Positions 1 to 9,506 of a stretch of DNA of 64,000 bases are shown here, piece by piece. The notes below the pieces were generated by a model. The model worked only from the letters and a program-made list of their open reading frames with translations, made no database searches and was not told the origin of the DNA. Numbering within the stretch: the stretch's first letter is position 1; each line of letters begins with the position of its first letter. A program made the translations under genes and the position numbers. The DNA is from Planctomycetota bacterium (GTDB lineage: Bacteria > Planctomycetota > PLA2 > JAEUHO01): positions 32,001 to 96,000 of the forward strand of contig JBFWRP010000005.1 in assembly GCA_050248855.1 (NCBI GenBank), read 5' to 3'.

Positions 1-1553
1 CCGTGGCAGTTGTTGCACTTCATGGCCACGTAGACGGCCTTGCCGCGGGCGAACAGCTCGTCGGCCTCCTCGATGGCCATCGGAGGCATCGGGGGGATCG
101 CCAAGCGCAGGCTCTCGTCGTTGAACGGCTTGGCCCCGCCGTCGACGCTCTCCTGGAAGTGCTTGATGTAGTCCACGAGCAGCCAGAGGTGCTCCTCGGG
201 CAGGTCGCGCCACGGCGGCATGGACGTGCCGGGAAGCCCCTGCCACAGCGAGCGGAACAGGTCGCCGTCCAGCGGCAGGTTGCCGACCTGCGTGCTGCGG
301 TAGCGGTACTTGGCGATCGTGAAGTCACGCGGGCGCACCGGGAGGAACTGGGCCCCGGGGCCGTTGCCACGCCCCTCCTCCCCATGGCATCCCACGCAGT
401 AGCGGTCGTAGAGCTGCTTGCCGCGCGTGAGGCGGTCGTCCCACGTAGGGTTCAGCTTGCGCCAAGCGGCCATCCGCGCCGCGTACTCCTCCACGAGGAA
501 GCGCGTGTCCTCGCGCTCCGCGGCCGTCTGCTGGTCGGCGGCCACGCCGTAGACGCGCGCCTCCCGCGGCCGCAGCGGCATGCGGCCGTCGTCCAGGGGC
601 GTCGCGATGCCCGCCTCGCGCTTGGGCTGGCCGTTCTCGTCGAGCACCGGCTTGCCCTCGTCGTCGAACGCCTGGAACGAGCCGAACGCGAACTCGTCGA
701 ACCCCCACATCGGCGGGGCGTGCGTGCGGATCGGCGTGTCCATGCTGATCGGCTTGCGCCAAGGACCGATGGCCGTGCCGAGGCGCTGCATGTACGTGAT
801 CAGGTTGTCGAGGTCCTTGGTGTTGCGCGGGCGGGCGTCGTAGTCGGTGACGAGACCGTCCGGCGTGTCCGCTTCGGTGTAGCGGTCCACATAGGCCTTG
901 AGCTCGGCCTCGCTCTCGCCCTGCTTTCCCTCGGGCGCGAGCACGCCGCCCGCGTCGATGTCGGGCGACTTCAACATCTCCTTGAGGCTTTCGGGCCACA
1001 GGCTTGCCTTGTCGAACTTGGGCGAGACGATCCCGTCCCCATCCGTGTCGAGCTGCCGCAGGAGGTCGTGGATGGCATCGGCCTTGGCGTAGGGCCGGAA
1101 AAGCCACGGGAAGCTCGGCATGACCGACTGCGGCACGGTGTAGCGCGGGTCGTAGAAGTGGGCGACGTGCCAGTCGTCGACCCGGCGCAGCCCCTCGCGG
1201 GCGAGGTCCGGGCCGATGCGGCGCGTGCCGAACAAATGCGGGCGGTCGACCATGGACTCGCCCGCCTGGCTCACGGGCCCCCAGCGCAGGTTCTCGTCGT
1301 TGACGGGTCGGACGAACTGGCTGTGGCAGTGCCAGCAGATCTGCTTGGCGTAGACGTCGCGCCCAGCGGCCTCCTCCTCGGTGTACTCGGGCACCCGGAC
1401 GCGCTCGCCCGACGTGACCTCGATCACGTAGGGCTCCTCCGCATCGGTCACCCAAGCGGGTGCCATCACGATGAGCAAGAAGGCGAAGAAGTAGCAGACG
1501 ACGCCGGCCAGCAAGGCGACGCCACCCCACCGCTCGTAGAACTTGATCGACAT
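1..1553 (-). CDS. ccoO: cbb3-type cytochrome c oxidase subunit II fused to further c-type cytochrome domains (3' end runs off window)
   Basis: Not in ORF track; translated by hand from ATG at 1553: MSIKFYERWGG...GRDVYAKQICWHCHSQFVRP...HLFGTRRIGPDLAREG...WHVAHFYDPR..VPQSVMPSFPWLF (CcoO motifs), then CVGCH (384-398) and CNNCH (3-17). Frame stays open to position 1. Confidence 0.9.
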   Translation of the reverse strand, partial: MSIKFYERWGGVALLAGVVCYFFAFLLIVMAPAWVTDAEEPYVIEVTSGERVRVPEYTEEEAAGRDVYAKQICWHCHSQFVRPVNDENLRWGPVSQAGESMVDRPHLFGTRRIGPDLAREGLRRVDDWHVAHFYDPRYTVPQSVMPSFPWLFRPYAKADAIHDLLRQLDTDGDGIVSPKFDKASLWPESLKEMLKSPDIDAGGVLAPEGKQGESEAELKAYVDRYTEADTPDGLVTDYDARPRNTKDLDNLITYMQRLGTAIGPWRKPISMDTPIRTHAPPMWGFDEFAFGSFQAFDDEGKPVLDENGQPKREAGIATPLDDGRMPLRPREARVYGVAADQQTAAEREDTRFLVEEYAARMAAWRKLNPTWDDRLTRGKQLYDRYCVGCHGEEGRGNGPGAQFLPVRPRDFTIAKYRYRSTQVGNLPLDGDLFRSLWQGLPGTSMPPWRDLPEEHLWLLVDYIKHFQESVDGGAKPFNDESLRLAIPPMPPMAIEEADELFARGKAVYVAMKCNNCH

Positions 1554-1574
1554 GGGGACCCCCTTCGCTGCCTG

Positions 1575-3035
1575 TCAGCTGGCCACCGCGGCGACGGCCA
1601 CGCGCGCGCCCGCACCTTCGTGCGTGACGTCCTCGTGGCTGTCGAGCGGCACCCGGCGCCCGTGGATCAGGGTCATGACGACGTTGTAGAAGAACAGGGC
1701 CAAGCCCACGTCCATCAGCGTGCCGCCGAACGTGCGAGCCACCCACAGCGGGCGGATCGCCGTCACCGTGTCGATGAACATGTTGCTGCCGCTCTGCTGC
1801 ATCTCGCCCTGGACGAAGCCGCTGATCGAGAGCACGCAGAACATGAGGCCAAAGCCCACGATCTGCAGCCAGTAGTGCCACCACGCCAGCCGCTTGCTCC
1901 AGAGCGCGCGGCCGGTGATGCGCGTGACGCAGAAGTACGTCGCCGCCATCATCCAGGTGGCGAATGCGCCGTAGACCGCGCTGTGCGCGTGGCCGACGTT
2001 GTAGTCGCCGAAGTGCGTGAGCGCCTGCATGTCGCGGAAGGCCTCGGTCGGCCCCTGGATGCAGGTGATCAGGTACCAGAGCGCCGCGAGCATCGTGAGC
2101 TTGACGACGTAGTTGTCGCTGGACATCAGCTTCCAGCGCCCGCGCATGGTGCCCCACATGTTGGCCGTGAACGCGAGCACGGGGACGAGCAGCATGAGCG
2201 AAGCGCCGATCGCGATGGTCTGGGCCCAGTCGGCAATCGGGCTGTAGATGTAGTGGTGCACGCCGTTCAAGGGATAGAAGAACGCGAGCGCCCAGAACCC
2301 GATCAGCGACAGCTTGTGGCTGTACAACGCGTTCTTCGCGGCGACCGGCAGCATGTAGTAGGCCGCCCCCAGGCCCATCGGCGTGATCCAGAGGCCCACG
2401 ACGTTGTGCAGGTAGAAGCCATGCATGGCCGCGCTGGTCGCACCGGCAGTCTGGGGCAGCACCAGGAACCCGAGCGGCAGGTTGATGGCCGTCCAGAGCA
2501 TCCCGGCCACCCAGTACCAGAGCGAGGCGTAGAGGTGCTGGTGGCGGCGCTGCGCGATGGTGACGAAGAAGGGGATCGTCACGAACAGGAAGGCAATGGT
2601 GTTCGAGATGTCCACGGGCAGCGGGTACTCGCCCGCCTCGACCGGCTGGATGTAGCCCATCAGCAGGCAGGTCTCGCCGATGACGACGCCGACCTGGAAC
2701 AGCGCCATGCCCCACCACGCCAAGCGCGGCAGCGCGAGGGGCCGGCCGCACAGCTTGGGCACGGCATAGCACATGAACCCGAAGACGGCCGTGCTGAAGA
2801 GACCGAAGACGACGCCGTTCACGTGGGCGATGCGCAGACGCGCGAACTGCAGCCACTCGACGTTCGCCAGGAAGTACGGGTCGTCCAGCTTCATCGCGGC
2901 GAGCAGGCCCAGCACGGGGCCCACCACCATCCAGAACAGCGTTCCGGTGAACCAAGCCTTCACCAGCTTGCGGTCCACCAAGGGGATCCCGTGGGGAGTC
3001 GGCTCCGCCAGGGCCGCGCTCGCGCTCGCCGTCAT
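1575..3035 (-). CDS. ccoN: cbb3-type cytochrome c oxidase subunit I
   Basis: Polytopic membrane protein with FARLRIAHVNG, YLHNVVGLW, FWALAFFYPLNGVHH and GHAH haem/CuB ligand motifs; directly upstream of ccoO. Confidence 0.92.
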   Translation of the reverse strand: MTASASAALAEPTPHGIPLVDRKLVKAWFTGTLFWMVVGPVLGLLAAMKLDDPYFLANVEWLQFARLRIAHVNGVVFGLFSTAVFGFMCYAVPKLCGRPLALPRLAWWGMALFQVGVVIGETCLLMGYIQPVEAGEYPLPVDISNTIAFLFVTIPFFVTIAQRRHQHLYASLWYWVAGMLWTAINLPLGFLVLPQTAGATSAAMHGFYLHNVVGLWITPMGLGAAYYMLPVAAKNALYSHKLSLIGFWALAFFYPLNGVHHYIYSPIADWAQTIAIGASLMLLVPVLAFTANMWGTMRGRWKLMSSDNYVVKLTMLAALWYLITCIQGPTEAFRDMQALTHFGDYNVGHAHSAVYGAFATWMMAATYFCVTRITGRALWSKRLAWWHYWLQIVGFGLMFCVLSISGFVQGEMQQSGSNMFIDTVTAIRPLWVARTFGGTLMDVGLALFFYNVVMTLIHGRRVPLDSHEDVTHEGAGARVAVAAVAS

Positions 3036-3125
3036 GCTGCTCTCCCTGCCGCCGCCCCCCGGGCGGACGCACCTCGATCCGCTGGGGACGGCCGGCCTCC
3101 CGAGCCTGCCGCCCCCGAAATCGTC

Positions 3126-4145
3126 CTACTTGCCGGGCGCCGGCGCGGTCAGCTCGACCGTGGCCGCCTTGCCCGCCTCCACCGTGACGGTGACGGTCTC
3201 TTCCCAGTCCGCCCCGTACTCGTAGCTGGAGATCTTGTTGTCCACGACCACGGGCGTCTCTTCCATGCCCTCGTGCCAGACCTTCACCGTGTACTCGCCG
3301 GGCGGCACGCCTTCGAGGACGAACTTGCCCTTGGCGTCGGTCACGGCGAAGTAGGGGTTGGTCACGGCATGGATGTAGGCGTTCATCCAGGGATGGATGT
3401 CGCACTTGACGATGTACTTGCCTGGCTTCGCCAAGTAGGCCTCGGCCACGATCTGCTGCTTGGTCCCCGCGCCGGAGCCGAAGTTGAACACGGTGTTGAG
3501 CATCGACTCCAGGTAGCCGTGGATGTTGTGGAGCGCGTTGTCGCTGTTGTCCACGGCCAGCTGCGTCTTCTCGCGCGTGACCATGACGTGCGGGATGTAC
3601 TGGCAGGACTTCTGGTCGATCGTCGTCAGACGGTCCTTCGGACGCAGCGCTTCGGGCCAGTCCTTGCCCTTCTCGATGCCCTCGATCACGACGACGCAGT
3701 TCGCCAGCCCAAGCGTCTCGGGATCGAACACGCAGCGCTCCGACGGATGGCTCTCGTGGCCGCACGCCTCGAGATCCTTGTCGACGACGATGGTGCCGAT
3801 GACGGGCTGGCCGGAGAGCTTGATGGTGCCTTCGATGCGGCCGGCGTTGGCGACGGCAGACTCGTCCACCTCATAGCTGTCCTTCTTGGAACCGCTGCGA
3901 CTCCCGCGGCCGCGCGCGGGCGCCGCCACCTGCGGCTCGCTCTTCGGCGCGGGCGCGGGACGGGTGAGGTTGGCCGCGGCGACCTCCACGACACCGCCGT
4001 CGTCCGCGGTGCGCGGGCGCGGCTTCATGGCACCCGTGCGACGCGCGCCTTCCCCCTGGAGATCCACGTCGGGGTGGCCGCAGGCCGGGACGAGGGCGAG
4101 CAGGGCGCCCAGGGCGAGCGAGGGAACGAGCGAGGCGATGCGCAT
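3126..4145 (-). CDS. Lipoprotein with cupredoxin-like and carboxypeptidase-regulatory-like domains
   Basis: Lipobox LVPAC; HNIH...CDIHPWM motif; C-terminal FAVTDAKGKFVLEGVPPGEYTVKVWHE. Confidence 0.75.
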   Translation of the reverse strand: MRIASLVPSLALGALLALVPACGHPDVDLQGEGARRTGAMKPRPRTADDGGVVEVAAANLTRPAPAPKSEPQVAAPARGRGSRSGSKKDSYEVDESAVANAGRIEGTIKLSGQPVIGTIVVDKDLEACGHESHPSERCVFDPETLGLANCVVVIEGIEKGKDWPEALRPKDRLTTIDQKSCQYIPHVMVTREKTQLAVDNSDNALHNIHGYLESMLNTVFNFGSGAGTKQQIVAEAYLAKPGKYIVKCDIHPWMNAYIHAVTNPYFAVTDAKGKFVLEGVPPGEYTVKVWHEGMEETPVVVDNKISSYEYGADWEETVTVTVEAGKAATVELTAPAPGK

Positions 4146-4345
4146 GCGGTTCTCCGGGACGTCCGACCGGAGAGCGAGGGAGACCGGCCGCCGTCGGGCA
4201 GGATTCTAGGGGGCGGCGGCCGACACGCCCGGCAGGAACGGAGCGCTGCCCGGCCGCGGCCCGGGGACCTCGTACGCTCGTTCGAATCCCGACGGAAGCG
4301 ATCCGGACTCCGGGGGCGACCGGCGCCTCTGCGAGGGCGACGCGA

Positions 4346-5266
4346 TCAGCGCGGCGGGATGGTCCGCTCGACCCGCACCGTCTGGCCGGACCCGAGGGTG
4401 ACGGGGATCTCCTCGACCCAGTCCTCGCTGTACTCGTAGGAGCTGATCTTGTTGTCCACGAGGATCGGGACCTCGCCCATGCCCTCGTGCCAGATCTTCA
4501 GCTTGTAGGACCCGGGCGGCACACCCTCCAAGGCGAAGGTCCCCGAGGTGTCCGTGACGGCGAAGTAGGGGTTGGTCACGGCGTGGATCGTGCCGTTCAT
4601 CCACGGGTGGATGTCGCACTTGAGGAGGTACTTGCCGGGCTTCGCGAGATAGGCCTCGGCGATCACGTGCCGCGTGCCTGCGGACCCCATCCCGAAGCTG
4701 CTGCCGGTTCTCGACATGCGCTCGTGATACGCATGCAGGTTGTGGAGGGCGTTGTCCTGGTTGTCGACGACGATCCAGGTCTTCTCGCGCAGCACCTGCA
4801 CGTGCGGCACGAACATGCACTGCCGCATGACCAGCGTGCCCTTGCGGTCCTTGGGCTTCATCGCCTCGGGCCAGTCCTTGCCCTTCGCAATGCCCTGCAG
4901 GGTGATCACGCAGCTGGCCAAGCCCAGCGTCTCGGGGTCGAAGACGCAGCGCTCCGACGGGTGGCTCTCGTGGCCACACGCCTCGACATCCTTGTCGATC
5001 ACGATGCGGCGAAGCTCGGGCTTGCTCTCGAGGCGAAGGACGCCTTCGATGCGCCCCGCGTGCTCGAGCACGGACGCGTCCACGACGTAGTCGTCCTTCT
5101 TGGACCCACCCCGCGAGCCCCGGCCACGCACGGGGGACGGGGCTGGCGCCGACGGTGCCTTCGCGTGTTCGTCCGCGGGAGCGGGTGCCAGCGCGCCGTC
5201 GCCCCCGCCGCCACAACCGACACCGGTCAGGAGGGCGAGGGTGAGAAGCCAGGCGGCGTGGCGCAC
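4346..5266 (-). CDS. Paralogous cupredoxin-like lipoprotein
   Basis: GTG at 5266 after GAAGGAGG; lipobox GVGC; shares ACGHESHPSERCVFDPETLGLA, HNLH and CDIHPWM with 3126-4145. Confidence 0.75.
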   Translation of the reverse strand: MRHAAWLLTLALLTGVGCGGGGDGALAPAPADEHAKAPSAPAPSPVRGRGSRGGSKKDDYVVDASVLEHAGRIEGVLRLESKPELRRIVIDKDVEACGHESHPSERCVFDPETLGLASCVITLQGIAKGKDWPEAMKPKDRKGTLVMRQCMFVPHVQVLREKTWIVVDNQDNALHNLHAYHERMSRTGSSFGMGSAGTRHVIAEAYLAKPGKYLLKCDIHPWMNGTIHAVTNPYFAVTDTSGTFALEGVPPGSYKLKIWHEGMGEVPILVDNKISSYEYSEDWVEEIPVTLGSGQTVRVERTIPPR

Positions 5267-5322
5267 GGTGGGCCTCCTTCCGGGAGGCCCACTGTCCCAT
5301 GCGCGGTGGGCGCCCGTGTCCG

Positions 5323-5526
5323 CTACTCCGCGGCGTCCGGGGCGCCCCACTCGATCGGGGCCGGCACGGGCCGCGGCCCCAGCGTGCGTCGCGTCGGCGA
5401 CTCGGGCTCGCGGGCGCCGCGCGCGGCGCGGTCGCCGGCCGCGAGGCAGGGAGCGAGCACGATCGCGGCCAGGAACACGACCACGAGCGCCAGGAAGCCG
5501 GCGTGGCGGACGAGGAACGCCTTCAC
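5323..5526 (-). CDS. Small single-TM hypothetical protein (67 aa)
   Basis: VKAFLVRHAGFLALVVVFLAAIVLAPCLAAG..; fills the gap inside the co-oriented cluster. Confidence 0.45.
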   Translation of the reverse strand: MKAFLVRHAGFLALVVVFLAAIVLAPCLAAGDRAARGAREPESPTRRTLGPRPVPAPIEWGAPDAAE

Positions 5527-5537
5527 GACGACACCCT

Positions 5538-8500
5538 CTAGCGGCCTGCGGCCGGCTCCGTCGGCGGGGCCGGCGGACGGTAGTGGTGCAGCAGGTAGTG
5601 CGTGAGCGCCCGGATCTGGACCTCGGCGAGGCGCTTGACTGCGTCGGTCTTGCGCTCCGCGTCCTCCGAGGCGTAGTCGGCACGCCACTGCTCGTCGTCG
5701 CGCAGCCAGAACTGGAACGCCTGCCAGTCGGCATTCACGTCGCGGCCGTACTGACGCTTCATGGAGTAGAACTGGGGCATCTTCGTGCCGTTGATCAAGT
5801 GCGCCGGGTTGTAGAGCAGCGCCTCCACCCACGACGTGCGCAACCGGTCCGCCGACAGCGCGAACGATGGCGCCACGCCACCGTCCGTCGGGTCCGCGCC
5901 GGGCGAGCCCTTCGGCAGGTGGCACTTGTTGCAGTTGATGGTCTCGAAGAGCGCGCGGGCCTCTTCCACCCATCCCGTCAGCGGCCCCACGGCCGGCCTC
6001 GTCTCGGTGGCCGGGATACTCAGCGGTGTCTCGAAGCGATGACCCACGAGCGCGCTGTCGTCCTGCGGCATCAGGATCGACGCGTCCTCGCCCGCCAGAC
6101 GCACGAAGTACTTGGCCAGGGCGCGCGCCTCGTCGTCGGACATGCCGAAGCGCGGCATGTGCACGTTGACGATGGGGCGCAACCAGATCGGTTCCTTCAG
6201 GAACTTCACGAGCCACTCGCTGCGCGTGCGGTAGCCCTGACCGAACAGGTTGGGCGGCAGCGTCGCCGGGTCCACGCCCAGGTCCGCCTTCTGCTGCCAG
6301 AGCAGGCCGGCCATGCCCTCGAGGGTGTGGCACTGGTTGCAGCCGTAGCGCTTGGCCACGTTGCGGCCCTCGATCAGCTCCAGCTCTTCCTCCGAGGGGT
6401 TGGCAAGCGCTCCCGACTGGATCTTGTCGGCGGTGAAGCCCGCCACCATGGCCGTGACGGCGCGACGCGTCTCCATGGGCCAGCTGAAGGTCTCGCCTTC
6501 CTCGGGCTCGTAGTCGGCCGGGACGGGCAGCTCGCCCTGCGGGGGGGTCCAGAAGTTGAAGCGCGGCATGCGCAGCTTGTCGGGCCAGGGCTTGAGCTTG
6601 CCGACGTCCCAGACGCGCGGCGTGCGCAGCTTGTGGAAGAAGAAGTTGGATCGGGAGTGCGGCACGAGGTCCTTGGGCACCACGCCGAAGTCGAGCTGGT
6701 GCAGGTCCTTCGAACCGTGCTCGCTGAGCTCGACGCCGATCGGGTTCTCGTCCTGGTGCCCGGCGACCTCGTGGCAGCCGAAACAGCCGTTGCGCGACAA
6801 GAGCTTCTCGCCGACGCGCGCCAGCTGCGTGGCGAGGTTCTCGCCGCTCAAGGAACCGATCTCGCCCTTGATCACGTCGCGCCGCACCCACTCCCCGGTC
6901 TCGGCGTCCTTGCCGAAGAACACCTCGATCATCTCGCGCAGGATCGGCTCGAAGCGCGGGCTCCAGCCGAGGTCGGGCAGCGCGTCGAACTCCTCGTGCT
7001 TGGAGGCCATGAGGTACGCGATGATGTCCGCACGCATCTGCGCGCCGTCAGCCACCTTGACGCCCTGCGCGTCGTACTTGTCGACCAGACGCATGTCGGG
7101 CATGCGCGTGGTGGACGTGTAATGGCGCGGGTTCTTCAGCCACGCGTTGAGCCACGCCGTGTCCTTGAGCTTGCTGCCCAGACCGATGAGCGACGGGCCC
7201 TGCATGCGCAGGGGGTCGTAGGCGAAGCGCGCGGGGCCATCGGCCTCCCAGCCGTCGGGGCCCATCACCTCGGGCACGATGTGACAGGCCGTGCAACCCT
7301 TCTCGTCGACGAGGGAGCGCCCGCGCTCGGCGTCGCCCTCGGGCAAAACCTCGTCGTAGTCGGGGTTGTAGGTGGCCGGGTCGGACGGATCACGCTGGGT
7401 CGTGATGCGCGGCTCGCCGTCGTCCGTGAACTTGGGCTGGTTCATCAGGTACGTCGCCATGGCGACGACCTGCAGCTTCATCATGTCCTCGTCGTCCGTG
7501 GACGTCTGCGGGCCCAGCTCGAGGGCGAACTCGGGGTCCAGCATGTGCGCATCGGTGACGGGCAGGATCCTGAGGCTGCCGTCCTCGTTGCGCGACGGTT
7601 GCCACTGCCAGTCCTTGTCCAGGAACCAGAAGAAGCTGGGCATCTTCGTGGTGGGCCGGAAGACGTCCGGGTGCAGGATCCACTTGTAGAGCCACTCGAT
7701 GTCGACCTTGTCGGCCAGGGTGGACAGGGTCGGCGCCACGCGCGGCGGGTCCTCGTAGCCCACTTGCTGGCCGAAGTCCTTGATGATGTGGCAGCCCTGA
7801 CAGCCGTAGGCGACGATGGTGTCGTACCCGCGATCGTAGCGCTCGGCGCGCCAGTCGTAGTCGTGGACGACCGAGTCGACCCAGCGATCGGCCAGGGTCT
7901 TGCCGTCCGGACCGGGTGCAGGGTTGCCGAAGCCCTCCTCGGGATCGTCGCTGGCCAGGAACTCGTACACAGGCAGCTCTTCGAGCTGCAGCTTCTGTTG
8001 GGCGATGACATCGGCCATGGTCACCGGCGCCGGCGTCCACGAGGTTGCCGGCCTCGGGGCCGGAGGCAGCGCGTACTCGCTGTGGGCCTCCCAGGGACCG
8101 AGAAGCCGATTGGCCGGTGTGGCAACGCGCGGGTCGTCGGCCGGATACCGCATCTGGCCGATCTCGGACTTCTCGCCCAGCACCACGTCCTCGCCATGGA
8201 CGTAGCCGTGTTCGAGGCTCTCGGGATAGTGCACAGGCCAGGCAATACCGTCCTTGTGGCACTTCCAGCACTGGCCTTCCGCGTAGTCGGTCGCCAACAT
8301 CGGGTACTCGATGTAGTGCGGCTCGTGGTAGCCGTGCTCGTCCTTCCAGCGCTGCTCGGTCTTGGCATCTTCCGGGTGGTGGGCCGCGCGACTGAAGTCG
8401 GTGGCCCAGCCCACGCCGTGGTGGCAGACGGTGCAGCCGAAACGCTCGATCGGATGCGGCCCGCCAGCCCCCACCATGAGATCGAGGCCCGGGTGCGCCT

Positions 8501-9482
8501 GCATCCAAACCGGCAGCTCGTACTTCTCGACGTTCTGCGGCTCGCCCATGCTGGGCACGGCGGCGCCCACGTGGCACGTCATGCAACGGTCCACGCGCTT
8601 GTTCGTGGCGAAGTTCCAGTTGTCGTGGATGTCGTCAAGGACGACCTGCTTCACCTCGATGGAGCGGGCGATGAAGTCCACGAAGGGCGCGTTGCGCCAG
8701 GAGTTCTTCTCGTACAGCGCCTCGAAGCCCTTGAGCGTCGCCTCGGCTACCGCCTTGTCCTGCAACAGCGAGGTCAGACGGGCCTGGGCGTCGGTCCAAG
8801 GCCTCTCCATGGCCGTCAGGCGCCGCTCGGCGTCCTGCCAGTTGGCCGCCGCCGTGAGGTACCGATCCTCGGCCTCGTAGAGCATCTGACCGTAGCGCAA
8901 GACGGGCTCGCGCGCGGCCTCCATGGCCTCCCGCGCAGCTTCGACGTCCGCCGCGGAGACGGCCGGCATGCCCAAGGCGGCCGTGTCCTGTGCGAGCTGC
9001 GCATCGCGAATGCGCTCGGCGCGCTGGAAGGCCGCGCGCTTGGTCTCGAAGATGTAGCGCGCGGGCGAGAGGAGGCCCTTGACGCCCTTCACCTCCTTGT
9101 CGCGCTCGTCCATGACGCGCTTGAGCTCATGCCGCTCGGCCATCAGCTCTTCGCGGCTGATGGGCTTCTTGACCTTGTCGAGCTCGGCCTTGGCCTCGTC
9201 CACGGCGACCCGCGCCGCCTGCACCTCTTCCTCCAGCGTGAACACCTCGGCGCGCTTCGCCCGGGCCTGGTCGCGTGCGATCTCGATCTGCTTGTCGAAG
9301 TAGGCCTTCTGGTAGGTCTTCCAGGGCCGGGCGTAGTCCTTCCAGACCATGGCCACGATGGCCACGACGAGCAGGACCGAGAACACGAGGAACCACACGC
9401 TCAAGAGCCCCGGGCGGTAGAGCCGCTCGTGGTCTCGGTTGCGGTGGCGCAGGGCGGCAGGCGTCGGTCGGCTGGCGGCCAT
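5538..9482 (-). CDS. Membrane-anchored octahaem cytochrome c associated with Rieske/cytochrome b complex
   Basis: N-terminal TM helix and long coiled-coil; eight CxxCH motifs (CMTCH, CTVCH, CWKCH, CQGCH, CTACH, CFGCH, CNQCH, CNKCH). Confidence 0.9.
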   Translation of the reverse strand: MAASRPTPAALRHRNRDHERLYRPGLLSVWFLVFSVLLVVAIVAMVWKDYARPWKTYQKAYFDKQIEIARDQARAKRAEVFTLEEEVQAARVAVDEAKAELDKVKKPISREELMAERHELKRVMDERDKEVKGVKGLLSPARYIFETKRAAFQRAERIRDAQLAQDTAALGMPAVSAADVEAAREAMEAAREPVLRYGQMLYEAEDRYLTAAANWQDAERRLTAMERPWTDAQARLTSLLQDKAVAEATLKGFEALYEKNSWRNAPFVDFIARSIEVKQVVLDDIHDNWNFATNKRVDRCMTCHVGAAVPSMGEPQNVEKYELPVWMQAHPGLDLMVGAGGPHPIERFGCTVCHHGVGWATDFSRAAHHPEDAKTEQRWKDEHGYHEPHYIEYPMLATDYAEGQCWKCHKDGIAWPVHYPESLEHGYVHGEDVVLGEKSEIGQMRYPADDPRVATPANRLLGPWEAHSEYALPPAPRPATSWTPAPVTMADVIAQQKLQLEELPVYEFLASDDPEEGFGNPAPGPDGKTLADRWVDSVVHDYDWRAERYDRGYDTIVAYGCQGCHIIKDFGQQVGYEDPPRVAPTLSTLADKVDIEWLYKWILHPDVFRPTTKMPSFFWFLDKDWQWQPSRNEDGSLRILPVTDAHMLDPEFALELGPQTSTDDEDMMKLQVVAMATYLMNQPKFTDDGEPRITTQRDPSDPATYNPDYDEVLPEGDAERGRSLVDEKGCTACHIVPEVMGPDGWEADGPARFAYDPLRMQGPSLIGLGSKLKDTAWLNAWLKNPRHYTSTTRMPDMRLVDKYDAQGVKVADGAQMRADIIAYLMASKHEEFDALPDLGWSPRFEPILREMIEVFFGKDAETGEWVRRDVIKGEIGSLSGENLATQLARVGEKLLSRNGCFGCHEVAGHQDENPIGVELSEHGSKDLHQLDFGVVPKDLVPHSRSNFFFHKLRTPRVWDVGKLKPWPDKLRMPRFNFWTPPQGELPVPADYEPEEGETFSWPMETRRAVTAMVAGFTADKIQSGALANPSEEELELIEGRNVAKRYGCNQCHTLEGMAGLLWQQKADLGVDPATLPPNLFGQGYRTRSEWLVKFLKEPIWLRPIVNVHMPRFGMSDDEARALAKYFVRLAGEDASILMPQDDSALVGHRFETPLSIPATETRPAVGPLTGWVEEARALFETINCNKCHLPKGSPGADPTDGGVAPSFALSADRLRTSWVEALLYNPAHLINGTKMPQFYSMKRQYGRDVNADWQAFQFWLRDDEQWRADYASEDAERKTDAVKRLAEVQIRALTHYLLHHYRPPAPPTEPAAGR

Positions 9483-9506
9483 GGAGGACCTCCGTCGCGT
9501 CGGGCG

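Noticed and set aside
1575..3035. Nitric oxide reductase NorB instead of CcoN
   Set aside because: Has HNVVGLW and the helix VII Tyr pattern of cbb3 oxidases, lacks HLWVEG, and is followed by ccoO
4275..4295. GTTCGAATCCC, resembling a tRNA T-loop
   Set aside because: Flanks do not form a T-stem and there is no cloverleaf or CCA end
5538..9482. Hydroxylamine oxidoreductase or other anammox-type octahaem enzyme
   Set aside because: Haems are widely spaced, mostly in repeated class-I-like domains with downstream MP ligands, unlike HAO/ONR spacing; no anammox genes nearby
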